From NCBI RefSeq assembly GCF_006345805.1, contig NC_042999.1:97650001-97714000 (forward strand): 64,000 nt of DNA. The letters run 5' to 3'. Origin of the DNA: Octopus sinensis. Lineage: Eukaryota. The notes under the pieces are model-generated. The model did no database searches. It had not been told where the DNA came from and saw nothing but the letters and a program-made list of their open reading frames with translations. A program made the translations under genes and the position numbers. This document shows positions 51,576 through 64,000 of this stretch, in pieces; position 1 is the first letter of the stretch, and the number at the start of each line of letters is the position of its first letter.

Positions 51576-52490
51576 CATATATTAGAACATCTAGAGTGTG
51601 TAATTTTCCAAGCAATGTACTACAAGAATCATTCCACTCACCCAAGTTAAAAAAAAAAAAAATTATGCCTATCCAACCTTCCCACATCTCCGCGAAACAT
51701 GCGTACTATGTGAGGTATACTGTGAAAGTCACGTCCTCTTACGATTCTCCAGACACGTCTGCACAACTACATTAAACTCATAGGAACTTGGTTCATAATA
51801 AATAGCCTAAATCTAACTTTAACGAAGCCACTATTTCTCTTCTTAACAGCAACACTAAAGAATATTGAATACAAGTCATCATACTTAACATAACACCATC
51901 AGTTGTCTATTTGATCGTGCAGCAGCTTTGGCTCAAGTATGGCCCAAGGTCGAGCATTTGGTACCTGAAACATTACCAGAATTCATTTCAATCCACTTTC
52001 AGATCAACGCGACCGATGGAACATCTCTCCTTCCATTCTAAACAGAACTAGTGGAGGAAAAGTATGAGCGATTCTGGTCTTTGACGAGGTCCCCCTAAGT
52101 TGTCTCTTTGGGATGGCATTCAGGTCGAGGATTAGGGACATTTTCCTGTTGGCGTGGTAGTATAAAAAGGACTATTTCATGTTGGAGGAAAACTCTACAG
52201 GAATATAAGTGTTTATAACCTGCACGCTGGGCTGCGACACCTTGTACGCACTCGTTCAGTGTCTATCCATTGTTAATTTGTGGGTTTGTGTCGAACAGCT
52301 GCTCTTACGTACAAGACGAATTTGAAATCTCAGTTTTTGTATTTGATACTTTAATTGCTCATTAACACTATGAGCCCTTGTGGTCAATAAAATAAATTAT
52401 GATTATAACCCCTACTATACTTCATGTACTTCATGTAACTTGTCTTTACAATGTCCCCTTCAGCCGACAACTGGGAGCAAATAAAAAAAT

Positions 52491-52542
<52 letters not shown>

Positions 52543-52559
52543 GCCCCCTCTCTCTCTCT

Positions 52560-53750
52560 CTGAGGGAGGCAGTGTACTGAGTGACATCGCTGTGTTACTT
52601 TGCAAGTTGTGAAATTTGTGTTTTTGTGATCACGTGTATGCTATAGTCTGCGATTTTGTCATGGAACAAAGAACCAACATGAAATTTTGCGTTAAACTTG
52701 GGAAGTCTGCTACAGAGACATTGAGCATGCTCCGACAAGCTTACAGAGACGAAGCTGTAGGTCGAACGCAATGTTTCGAGTGGCACGGGTGCTTCAAAAA
52801 CGGAAAACCGTCCCTGGAAGACGATGAGCGATCTGGAAGATCTGCTACGAGCGTCACTCCCGGAAATGTGGCGAAAATTCATCAACTTGTAAATGAGGAT
52901 CGTCGGAAGACAGTCAACGACATTGTCAATGTAGTTGGTCTGTTGTATGGGCTCATGCAAGCAATCCTAACGTTTGAAATGAACATGCGATGCATCTCTG
53001 CCAAGTTTATTCCCCGCCTGATGACCACTGTGCACAAAGAATACCACGTCGAAGTCTGTAAAGATATCCGTCAGCGTGCCACTGATGACCCATTCTTCAT
53101 GACAAGGATTATCACCGGTGACGCGAGTTGGGTCTATGGCTACGACATTGAAGCGAACAGCAGTCATCACAATAGATCAGCCCTTCATCTCCACGACCGA
53201 AGAAAGCACGACAAAGCCGCAGCTCAATCAAGAGCATGTTCATATTTTTTTTCGACATCCGCGGTATTGTGCATCGAGAATACGGCCTCCAGGGTCAGGC
53301 CGTCAATCGAGAGTTCTACTACGACGTTTTGAAGCGTTTGAGGGAAGACATTCGGCGAAAGCAACGGGATCTGTGGAGCGCGAAGAATTGGATCCTTCAC
53401 GATAACAACGCACCTTGTCACCGAGCTCTCCTCACTCGTGAGTTTTTTGCATCCGTCCTATTCGCCAGATTTAGCAAATGTAGACTTTCATCTCTTCCCC
53501 AAAGTGAAAATGCAATTCAAAGCTCGCTGTTTTAACATCGTTATCGAGATCAAGAGCGAATCGCAGAAGGTCCTCAACTCGCTTACGGAAAACGATTTCC
53601 AGGCCGGATTCCAAAAGTTGCAGGAATGCTGGGACGAGTGTATTGCTGTGCAAGGTGACTATTTCGAAGGAGACAATATTAAAACTTAGTTAAATAAGTT
53701 ATTTTTTATTAAACATAACTAGTCCGGGAACTTTTTGACACTACCTCTTA
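52560..53750 (+). mobile_element. Second mariner of a different family, frameshifted transposase
   Basis: EQRTNMKFCVKLGKSATET...IITGDASWVYGYD; HDNNAPCH; HPSYSPDLANVDFHLFPKVK. Right TIR-like ccgggaactttttgacactacctc-TA at about 53724-53750; left TIR not evident. Confidence 0.9.
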
Positions 53751-53818
53751 AGTTGTGTTAGTTTGTTGGGTGGTATTTAATAGTTTGCATTTACTATGTG
53801 ACTAGTCTTAGCAGCCGT

Positions 53819-53853
<35 letters not shown>

Positions 53854-54379
53854 TAGCAGTAGTAGTAGCAGTAGTAGTAGCTTCTTTATTGCATAGTGAT
53901 TTGTATGTATGTGATATGTTGGTTGTGTTACACTTCATCTTCTCGTCAGTGAGTGAAATGATTCATTCGTTTTCTTTTTAGAGACGCTTTTATATCAAAT
54001 AGATTAATATTCTCTTTTTAGAATATCAATAAATGTCTAGCAAGCTATGGCATTTTTCTGTCTCTTGCTTGACTTTCGCCAGTGCTTACTCTATTCCATT
54101 TGTTCTCTCTTTCATTTTTTAGCAGTTTCATCACCAACCTCCATTCCCGATCTCTTCTCTATTACAGCGAGACGTCGCTACACTTTTGAGAACGCGGTGA
54201 ACACTCTTACGGTTTTGGAGAAGGAGCAACATATCACGTTTAGAGAAATTCTTCAGTTAAAAAACAAAACAAAAACAAAAACATTTTATTTTTCGTCGAT
54301 GTATCGACATATTGTCCACTGGAAATTGTTGCCGACTCGTTCGAGTCCGTAATGTACTCTGACTTGGCAAGGACTAGGC

Positions 54380-55500
54380 ATTACTGTTGTTGACAAGTCT
54401 CAAATTTCAACATTCTTTTTCAGGATTCTTGAAGAATACAGGATGGCTTTTCTGCAAGTTCACAATTCATGTCTCAATTCATTATCTTTTATCCCCTTAA
54501 GTTGAATCTTGAGTTTAGTGCTTAAGTGTATCGGTCAGCACAAAAAACAATTTTTCCCCTTTTGTTCTACAAACACCTCGTCTCTCTGGCTATCTCCTCA
54601 TACTTCTCAAAATCTTCGGCTTCCTTGATATCCACTCCGCAATCATGCATTCTATGATCTTATACTGGTTGTTCCTTCTGTCTTCCACGAACATATCAAT
54701 AGCGTTGCTTCAATAGTATGGTCAGTGTTTATGGAAAAATATAACAAAATGCTGTAAATATCTTTCACCATCACCTCTGGCCCATGTTTATACCATATTT
54801 ACGCTCTTGAAATTCACAACCATTCCATTGCACTCTTTTGCTGATATAGTCATGCCTGCGTTTGTGCTCTTTTAATGCTAGTTTACTGCACTCAGCAGAT
54901 TGTTAACGCTGTCAGATATTTTTCAACACAATCTGTATTTGTTGTCTGACAGCTATATCATCTAGAGAAAAACAACTTGTTTTAAATCTCTGAGCGAGCG
55001 AAATACAGTAACAGTGCCGAATAGTAATGTTTATATGCCAACAGAATGTGGCAGTTTATAAAGGACGATGTTATTGTTGTTTTAGCCCCAGGAAAACATC
55101 TTTTCCAGCTGGCTATCGACACACAGTTTGTGTCCAGGTTTCTGGATGTTATCCGTCCTCAGTGTGAGACAACCACAAGTTAGTGACGAAAGCAAATACT
55201 ATATATTTTTTTTATCATCTTTCGTCTTTATTAAGTTCGTATAATGACTTTTTTGAAGAGCTATGAATAAGGAAACAGTTTCCCTTTACAAGTTTTCGTC
55301 ACTCAGCCACAACCAGCGTTCTTCCAACGTCCTCAGTTTGTTGCATGAATTGGTTATATAGTTATTTCTTGTTCCAGCGATTTATCTTGTCATCCTGTCA
55401 TTCTTCCTACCCTTGAAATCTTTCACTATATTAATTACTTCTGTGATATTTCTAGGCGCAGATAACTTTAGTTCCTTACTGTGTACAACATATTTTTCCA
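54380..55500 (-). mobile_element. Older, heavily degenerate REL-type (R4-like) LINE 3' fragment
   Basis: Minus-strand fragments HTDHTIEA, DIKEAEDFEKYEEIARE and RKAILYSSRILKK resemble REL-LINE C-termini. Boundaries are approximate. Confidence 0.5.
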
Positions 55501-57754
55501 AACCCAACTCGCAACATTTATGGTGTCTTCTACATTTAATAAACCTATAGTTTCTTCCTTTCTAAGTAAATAGATCTTGTGAGGATTACTTTAACTGTGG
55601 TGTGTATTATTCGTTGTGAGCAGCTTCCTTGTTCTGTCTATTTCATGTAAATTTGTATTTATCCATTTTAAAAATGAAATAGAATAATCAACATTGCCAT
55701 GGCTCAAGTGTGATTGTCTCGATACCTCCATTTAGTCTTGCACACTTCATTTAGTCTTGTACACTTCGAAGTTTTGTACATTTAGTCTTGTACACTTTCT
55801 CATTGCCTTTTCTAATATTATGCTATTCTTAGGTTTAGTTGATTCACGGAATCGTTGGTAGATTGACAGAATGCCTTGCAATATTTGCCCCAACCCTTTG
55901 TTTTCTGAGTTCTAATCCAGCAGTTTTTAATGAAACTAGTTTCGTTACATTCTTCAGAAGTTAGATTTCTACAATATTTAACAGCATCCATTTGGTGTTC
56001 CAACTAAATATCTACCAATCCGAATTGTTGCGAATCAGGCACTCGGTCTATTAAGTGTATTCCCTGTCTTACCTCTTCTGAATATTTTGGTATTTGATTC
56101 ATCGTTGCTGAGGGCTGGAAATGCTGAGGAATATCTGTATGAAGAAAATATGAGAGTTAGAGAAAGAAAGCAAGAGAAAGAGAGTAAAAGAAAGAGAGAA
56201 ATAGAGAGAGAAATAGAGAGAGGGAGGGGAGGGAAGGAAGGAAAGAGAATTAAACATCATAAATATATACGGTCATAAACGTAGACATCAAAGAATTAAT
56301 GAACCACATACATCAAGGCACAGACATTACATACAACGACTCCATTATACCAACAGCATGTTGGTCCTGAGCCCTTCGCTCTCTACGGAGGCCATCGACC
56401 ATTTTCCTCCGCTATTTTCCTCTACTGTTCTCGATTCTGAGCTGTCTTTTATGCTTCACTCCTTTTGGATTCCTGCTTTTTTTTTTTAGATTTTGCGGCA
56501 TCGCGTCATGTCTCCGTGAGGATAGGCGTACCTTTCCTAGGTCTTGTTGGTTTTGAATTGTCATCGAAGTTGTCACTGATGCTTCTGTAATTTTTCTTTT
56601 TTCCAGGTAGGGGTGTTCGTCCTACGCAAACCCATTTTTACCCCTGGGAAGAGATGTTCCATTTTAGTCCTGCCTGTATCCTTTGTCCTGTCCATCATGG
56701 AAGACCCTACCATGAGCTTGCACTCCGCTGGTATAACTCTCAGGTTCGATGAGGCACACAAACCATCACACCATTATAAGGACTAGATCTTGTGGGGGAA
56801 CAAATAGCATACAAACATAAATACAAATTCTAAAAGGAACACAAAAAAAACTTTCAACAAACTATAAACAAAATATCTCGACAGAATTGAATATTTCAGA
56901 GGAACAACAAACAGAATTTTAAAGTATTTACTGGATTATCGCTTGTCCTTCATTCATCCAATATGGTCTCACTCAGAATAGGCGGTGCAAATGCACGTTG
57001 CTAGAGGTCACTTTAGAAGTAAGGCCACCTTGCTCAACGACCTCAGATCGCTAGACATACATGTGACTATCAGGGAGATCAGAATTTTCGAAGTACGAGT
57101 CTTCATGACCACATTCTCTGGTTATAAGTTCTGTACATATCCAAGTCGACTGGACTCGGAAGGCTGAAAAGTCTCAATCTCGCAAAACGTACTATCTTCC
57201 TGCACTCATAAAAGTCGTTGATACGGGAAGCAATCAGCAATGAAGGTCACACATTCAGATTAGTAACCGTCTACGTCTCAACAGGCATAGTGTAGCCAGA
57301 GTTCTTTAGGCGTCTCGAGTATTTCCTGGGAACGTCCTACTCTTTAGTGCTAGTGATAAATTGAAAAGTCTTCGCGGATACCTAGTGGCTCTGTGTGGAA
57401 CTGGTCGATAGGAGAGGGGAATACAAAATCCTAACAAACCTCAGACTGAATTTTGCAAATGTGCTAGTGTGGACAGGGATAAACCACATTGGGTCATACG
57501 GTTACCAGCAGGGTAGTAAGTTTCAATCAAATGCCGTGAAAGGAGGCTCTCTGTGAAAGGTGGAGTAGAGGCGGAGAATGCCTACATCACCTCCATCACT
57601 ACTTAACACCTGACCGTTGATACCTTACTCCAGTGCCTTTTGGGCTTAATTGGAGCGTCTGCTTTCCTGCTTCCCGCGGAAGAGAAACTTTCTACTGGTC
57701 AGACTGCCTATCAGACTTGGCATGTTGTGGCTGAATCATCATCACCATCGTCGT

Positions 57755-57768
57755 TATTATTATTATTA

Positions 57769-57826
<58 letters not shown>
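57755..57826. repeat. (TTA)n microsatellite; also at 59323-59461, 60019-60098 (TTA then TAG) and 61570-61790 (AAT)
   Basis: Seen directly. Confidence 0.95.
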
Positions 57827-59323
57827 GCCTTTGCACAGCTTCTAACGCTGGAGATGTACTACAGTGTCAGCTGTTCACTACCAGTGAATTAAGGTAACAA
57901 CTCTTATTTATCGAGCACCTTCCGGTGTATTTGAGCGGTTCCAAGCAGTGCTGTTTTCTGGAAACGTCCTACTCTTTAGTGCTAGTGATAAATTGAAAAG
58001 TCTTCGCGGATACCTAGTGGCTCTGTGTGGAATTGCAGCCCCTATTTGTTCCACGTACTTCTCGAAATTTTTGCTCACTGTTCCCAGGGCTCTGACAATT
58101 ATTGGTACTACTGTTACCTTTTTCATCGACCACAACTGCTTAACTCCCAAGCTAACCTGTCATATCTATCGACTTTCCTCTCTTCCTTATCGCATACCTT
58201 GTTAGCTGGACATGCTATATCCATGATCCAGCATTGTTTGTTTTCTTTCTCAATTAAGACTATGTCCGGCTTCCTATTCTCTATCTCATGGTTGCACTGA
58301 ATCATAAAATCCCATAGGATCTTTGCATTTCTATTTTCGACGATGCCTTCAGGTTTGTGGTAGTACCAATTTTTTGCTCTGTCAAGTCCATACTTGTTGC
58401 AGAGTGTCCAATGGACAAGCTTGGCTATATTGCCGTGGCGTCTCTTATATTCCTTCTGGGCTAGTGGCGTACATTGGCTGCTAATATGCCATACGGTTTC
58501 ACCATTTTGTCCACATGTTCTGCACTTATCACTTTCTGCTGTGTTGTCTATTCTGTATTTTATGTAGTTTGTTCTTAGTGCTTGCTCTTGGGCAGCACAG
58601 ATTAGAGCCTCCGTTTCCGGTTTTAAATCACTTTTAGTTATCCACAGTCATCTTTTTTCTTTGTCTGTCTTATCATCAACATCCCTATGAAATTGTCCAT
58701 GCATTCTTTTCTTTACCCACCTATTTTCAGTTTCATTCGTTTTTAATTTCTTGTATAGTGCTTTATATTTGTAATCTTTCATCCTACACAAACCTGACCT
58801 TCTTACTTCTAATAATGGCGGTTCTGTGGCATTTTTACATACCATGCTATGTTGTTTTATTCTGCTTTAATGCTGTGTTCGCATCCAGTAAGTCCGCTTC
58901 CCCCCTCTTTTTCTTCTATCTGTTTCATAACCTCCCCCGACGGTATCGTTTGCCCGTCCACACATTTGATTTTGCTTCTCTTCAAGACTAACACGTCACA
59001 CTTTCTCAGTCCGAACTCCATTCTGATATCAGCGCTGAAGGTATACACCGTATCAACGAGGGAACTAACTCAGGGTTCATCTTTACCATGAAGTTTGAGG
59101 TCATCCATGAATAACAAATGGTTGACTTTTTGGTGGCGGCTTTTAAATACATACCCAGCTTTTGCTTTCCTCAGAATCAGTGTTAGTGGTATCAAGCACA
59201 GTACAAAGATCAGTGGGGACAGGCAGTCCCCTTGCAAGATGCCCCTCCTAATTTCTACTGTCATAAACTTCTTCCGTATGCTGACAGGTCCGTCCTCCAG
59301 TTCGCCATACTTTTTCCAAGCAA
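57827..59323 (-). mobile_element. R4/Dong-type REL-endonuclease non-LTR retrotransposon, 5'-truncated
   Basis: RT motifs QGDCLSPL and HLLFMDDLKL; MHGQF; CCHC knuckle CRTCGQNGETVWHISSQC; REL motif RKPDIVL..IMDIACP; C-terminal QKTALLGTA. Flanked by (TAA)n on both sides. Confidence 0.85.
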
Positions 59324-59386
<63 letters not shown>

Positions 59387-59409
59387 TACTACTACTATTA
59401 TTATTATTA

Positions 59410-59461
<52 letters not shown>

Positions 59462-60015
59462 GAGTGAGAGAGCAGTGCGTGCCATCAAAGTGACACTGGG
59501 GTAAAATATACGAAGCCCAGTATACCCATCATGACTACCCGTCTGATAAGGATACACCAGGCACATGCATCACACCCATATGTGCGCGACATGGTGATTT
59601 CATATCAAGATAAACAGCACATGACCTTGCAGGTGGGGCCCAGTTAGAATTTTCTTCAGGTTGAATAGCCCATCCCGCTCAAAAGGTCCCTGAATAAGGG
59701 TTGTTTAAGGATGTTGAAAGAACCACCCATGTTTTCAGAGGTGAATTATTCAAACCCCAAAGAATCCCTCTCAACACATGGCTATGATGCTCCCCCACTA
59801 CTTCTGCTCGTGATCAGAGATGCACATATCGTCAGCCACTAAGGGACATGCTCAACTGGTTATGGTCAAACAACTGACAAGCAAATCTGTGGTATTGAGC
59901 AGAATATTTGCTGTAGCCCATCTTTTATACCAAGACAAAACAATGTACATGATAACACTTCCAATCAATTAAGATCAGAAGCCATGAGAGCCACTGCCTG
60001 GTACTGCATCAGGGC

Positions 60016-60018
<3 letters not shown>
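59462..60018 (-). mobile_element. Non-coding element of about 560 bp inserted in a (TAA)n array
   Basis: Complex non-ORF sequence bounded by TTA arrays on both sides (59323-59461 and 60019-60060). Strand is inferred by analogy with the neighbouring element. Confidence 0.5.
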
Positions 60019-60098
<80 letters not shown>

Positions 60099-61569
60099 AT
60101 ATTTACCCTGAAGGTCTGAGTACAAACCTGATTAAAATACTGTCCAGTCAAATCCATTGGCCAATCAAAAGGCTCAGATATTTCTTCCCAAATACGTCGT
60201 TGTGGAAATGTTAGAAATCAATTTATAATCTGATGATGAATTCGTAGGCGGCGACTACGGTGCCTACAATATTCTCTGGTTTCTTTTTTAATAGTATTTA
60301 TTCCATGATAAATGAGAAAATTTTGGTAACCGCTGTATTACTCTTCCTTCATTTTTTGGCTGAAATAGACTCTGCAAGTGGTTCTCTCTCTCTCTCTCTC
60401 TCTCTCTTTGTTCATTGTAACTGAGAGAGGGAGAGAGAGAGAAAGGGAGAGAAAGAGAGAGAGAGAAAGGGAGAGAAAGAGAGAGAGAGAGAGGGAGAGA
60501 GCCCAGTACTTAACTGGGACTTTATCGATCTTCGAAGAGTCAGAGCCACCTTAACCTCGGAAGGGTTTAAATTCAGAACGCAAAGAGTAAGGGCACTTCG
60601 TAAGGCATTTGACCGATGTTTTAACGATTCTAATACCACATTAGTTGGTCGAGTACATTGATCGTTTAAATAAGTATATATACACAGATTGATATCCATA
60701 TGTTTTATGTCACTGTGAAATGAGGCCTCGTGATCAAACTACACTATTTTTTTTTCAGCAACTTGAAATATGAATCAAACTAATTTCTCTGTTTTTGCGG
60801 CTCATCAGAACTCACCCGCCTCTCCCTTCGAAGCTGCTCAGAGTTAAGAGCAAGAAGCAAATTTATTAAAATGTAAGCAAGATTGAGTCAGGCACAAGTG
60901 TACCAGTTAAAAGCACGAAATTGTTGGCCTGATCTTAAACTACTAATAGTAGCTTGAGAATGTAAGTTTGTATGCGTGAATAAGTATGTTAACTCTGAAG
61001 AGCTTAACTGTAGGTGGAACCATGAAAATGGCTCAAACGAAGCTAAAGATCCAATTCTTGGTCTCACAGCAGTGCTAGTGATTGACCTGTATAACTGCGG
61101 TGCAGGTTAGAGATGAAGGTAGACTGTGTGGGAAAGTTCCAGAAATCTGTATGAAGAACTGAAAGTATAAAGTTTAAGGGTGACAGTAAGAGATGAGGCA
61201 CTCTGCGTGTATGTGTGCGTGGGTGCGAGTGTATGGTGTGTGTGTGTGTGAGTGTGTGTTTGAAACTGAAGTAGGATGAGGAGTGAAATAAGTGCACAGA
61301 GTGGGTTTTAGTCGGTGGTGGTGAGGAAGCGTGTGGGGTGGCGATATAGAGTTAGCAAGTTGTTTCAACCGTTCTCCTATTAGAAACTGGTCCTTTGTTT
61401 CTGTCTGTCTGTCTGTCTATGTGTTTGTCAGTTTGTCTCGCCTTGTCTGGCGAATGAAACGAGATCCTTAGCTTCACAGCGTTGCCTAATTACAGAGAAG
61501 GTTCGAGAGAAAATGTACACCCGAACACTGATTGCAAGAAAAACAGTTCGAATAGCGTTGGCGCCATAA

Positions 61570-61610
<41 letters not shown>

Positions 61611-61651
61611 TAATAATAATAATAAATAATAATAATATAATAATAATAATA

Positions 61652-61698
<47 letters not shown>

Positions 61699-61740
61699 TA
61701 ATAATAATAATAATAATATAATAATAATAATAATAAAATA

Positions 61741-61777
<37 letters not shown>

Positions 61778-61795
61778 TAATAATAATATATATAT

Positions 61796-61911
<116 letters not shown>

Positions 61912-62154
61912 ATATATATAATATATATATATATTATATATATATATAATATATATATATATAATATATATACTGTATATATACATATGTGTGTTTGTGT
62001 GTGGAAAACTATCGGGGTTGAAACGTTGCCTCCTGTTGGGAAACGAAATGATGACGATGATGATGATATTAACGACAGCAACAATAATCAAATAACAAAA
62101 CTTTGGGAATAAGGATTACGTTGATGATGATTACATCACATTCCATCATGATTC

Positions 62155-62228
62155 CTGACACCACCACCACCACCACCACCACCACCACAATCACCACCGC
62201 CGCTGCCACTGCTGCTGCTGCTGCTGGT

Positions 62229-62286
<58 letters not shown>

Positions 62287-63290
62287 ATAATACCACCACC
62301 ACCACCACCACTACTGTTAATATCGTCGTTGCCATATTATCCCTGTCTAAAAAGTAACTAAACTAATCAGTAAACTAATGAGTAGTAACACACCATCACT
62401 ACTACCGCCGCCACCACCGCCACCACCACCACACCACTACTGTTAATATCGTCGTTGCCATATTATCCCTGTCTAAAAAGTAACTAAACTAATCAGTAAA
62501 CTAATGAGTAGTAACACCACCATCACTACTACCGCCGCCACCACCGCCACCACCACCACCACCACTGTCACCACCACTACCAGAGACACCATACCCACAC
62601 CAAGCCCCCTCCACCCCAATATCACCACCACCAATATCTCCACCGCCATCAGTGCACCCCACCATCACTACAGCCATCAGCGCCCCCACCACCATCACTA
62701 CCACCACCACCACCACCACCACCACCACCACCACCACTACCATCACCACCAATACCACCACCACCACTACCTCCACCACCACTACCACCACCACCACTAC
62801 CACCACCAACACTACCACTACCATCACTACCTCCACCGCCATCACCGCTACTACAACTATCACAGTCACTATCTACCACTACTACAACCATCACAACCAC
62901 TTCCACTACAGCCACCACCACTACCCCCGTAACTACCACCACCACCACCACCACCACCACTACCACTACAACAATCACAACCACCACCACAACTACCACC
63001 ACCACAACTACCACTACCACTACAACAATCACAACCACCACCACAACTACCACCACCACCACTACAACCATCACAACCACCACTACAACTACCACTACCA
63101 CCACCACCACCACTACAACCATCACAACCACCACCACAACTACCATCGTCACCATTACCATCACCACAACAACAACAACCATTACAACCACCACCAGCAC
63201 CACCAGCACCATTACCACCGTCACTAGTACCCTTTCCACCGTCGTTGTCGCCACCACCACCACCAACCACCACCACCACCACCGCCTCTT
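62155..63290. repeat. Long degenerate (ACC/ACT/ACA)n triplet array with a local duplication and higher-order units
   Basis: Seen directly; explains the poly-T, H, V and G ORFs in the track. Confidence 0.9.
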
Positions 63291-63559
63291 CATCTTCCGT
63301 AAAGCTGTAATAGCACCCATCGGTGCCATATTAATGCAGAAGCAAAATAATTATCGGTAACAAGATCTTAACCAAAGAATTTGTACTTAAAATTCCGCCC
63401 TAAGTAGATTCTTCGTTTCTTTTTGTCTTTTATTATATATATATATATATTTTACTGTAGTTTATTCCTCTTTCTTTTTTTCTATTTCTTTCAAAAACAA
63501 AAAAAAAAACAAACAAAAGCTTCATACTATATAATTCTGAAATGATTAAAATCTTTTAT

Positions 63560-63639
63560 TTGTATACATATTCATGTATATATATGCGTGTGTGTATGTA
63601 TGTATGTATGTATGTATTATGTATGTATGTATATGTATG

Positions 63640-63696
<57 letters not shown>

Positions 63697-63715
63697 CATA
63701 CACACATACACACAC

Positions 63716-63789
<74 letters not shown>

Positions 63790-64000
63790 GTATATTTTCA
63801 GGATTAAATAAAAAGCCAACAAACGGAATATTTACATACATAGATACGTACACACATACACACACATACACACACACACAAACACACACACACCACACAC
63901 ACACACACGCATATATATATATATATATATATATTAATATATATATATATACATATATATATACACATACACACATATATATACATATATACATGCACAC
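63560..64000. repeat. Mixed (TA)n/(CA)n/(TATG)n microsatellites; similar tracts at about 660-735, 1775-1840, 2800-3110, 4430-4525, 45785-45912 and 61790-61990
   Basis: Seen directly. Confidence 0.95.

Noticed and set aside
62501-63329. Long Thr-, His-, Val- and Gly-rich ORFs (mucin-like or His-rich protein)
   Set aside because: Open frames on both strands arise trivially from stop-free triplet repeats; no splice context or unique domain.

Overview
Repeat-rich, AT-rich animal genomic DNA, most consistent with an octopus or other coleoid cephalopod. That assignment is inferred from the SINE, RTE and microsatellite repertoire, not proven. The only host gene I can support is EXOSC2/RRP4 (RNA exosome S1/KH cap subunit) on the + strand: 8 coding exons from ATG 5525 to TGA 35750, 879 nt, 292 aa, all phases consistent. 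Intron 4 is a textbook U12-type (minor spliceosome) GT-AG intron, about 80% filled by a near-intact CR1/L2-type LINE fragment. A probable 3'UTR intron starts 59 nt after the stop. The rest is transposon-derived: RTE LINEs, two mariners, R4/Dong-type REL LINEs in (TAA)n, Helitrons, piggyBac-like MITEs, tRNA-headed SINEs and microsatellites. The most interesting non-gene signal is a set of minimal type-I hammerhead ribozyme motifs: a canonical one at 45121-45171, a strand-symmetric pair at 4986-5028 and 5089-5131, and degenerate ones at about 2190, 3181, 7400/7740 and 38529. They sit inside short direct-repeat or long fold-back elements, suggesting several Penelope-like or retrozyme-like families. 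All coordinates and foldings were done by eye.
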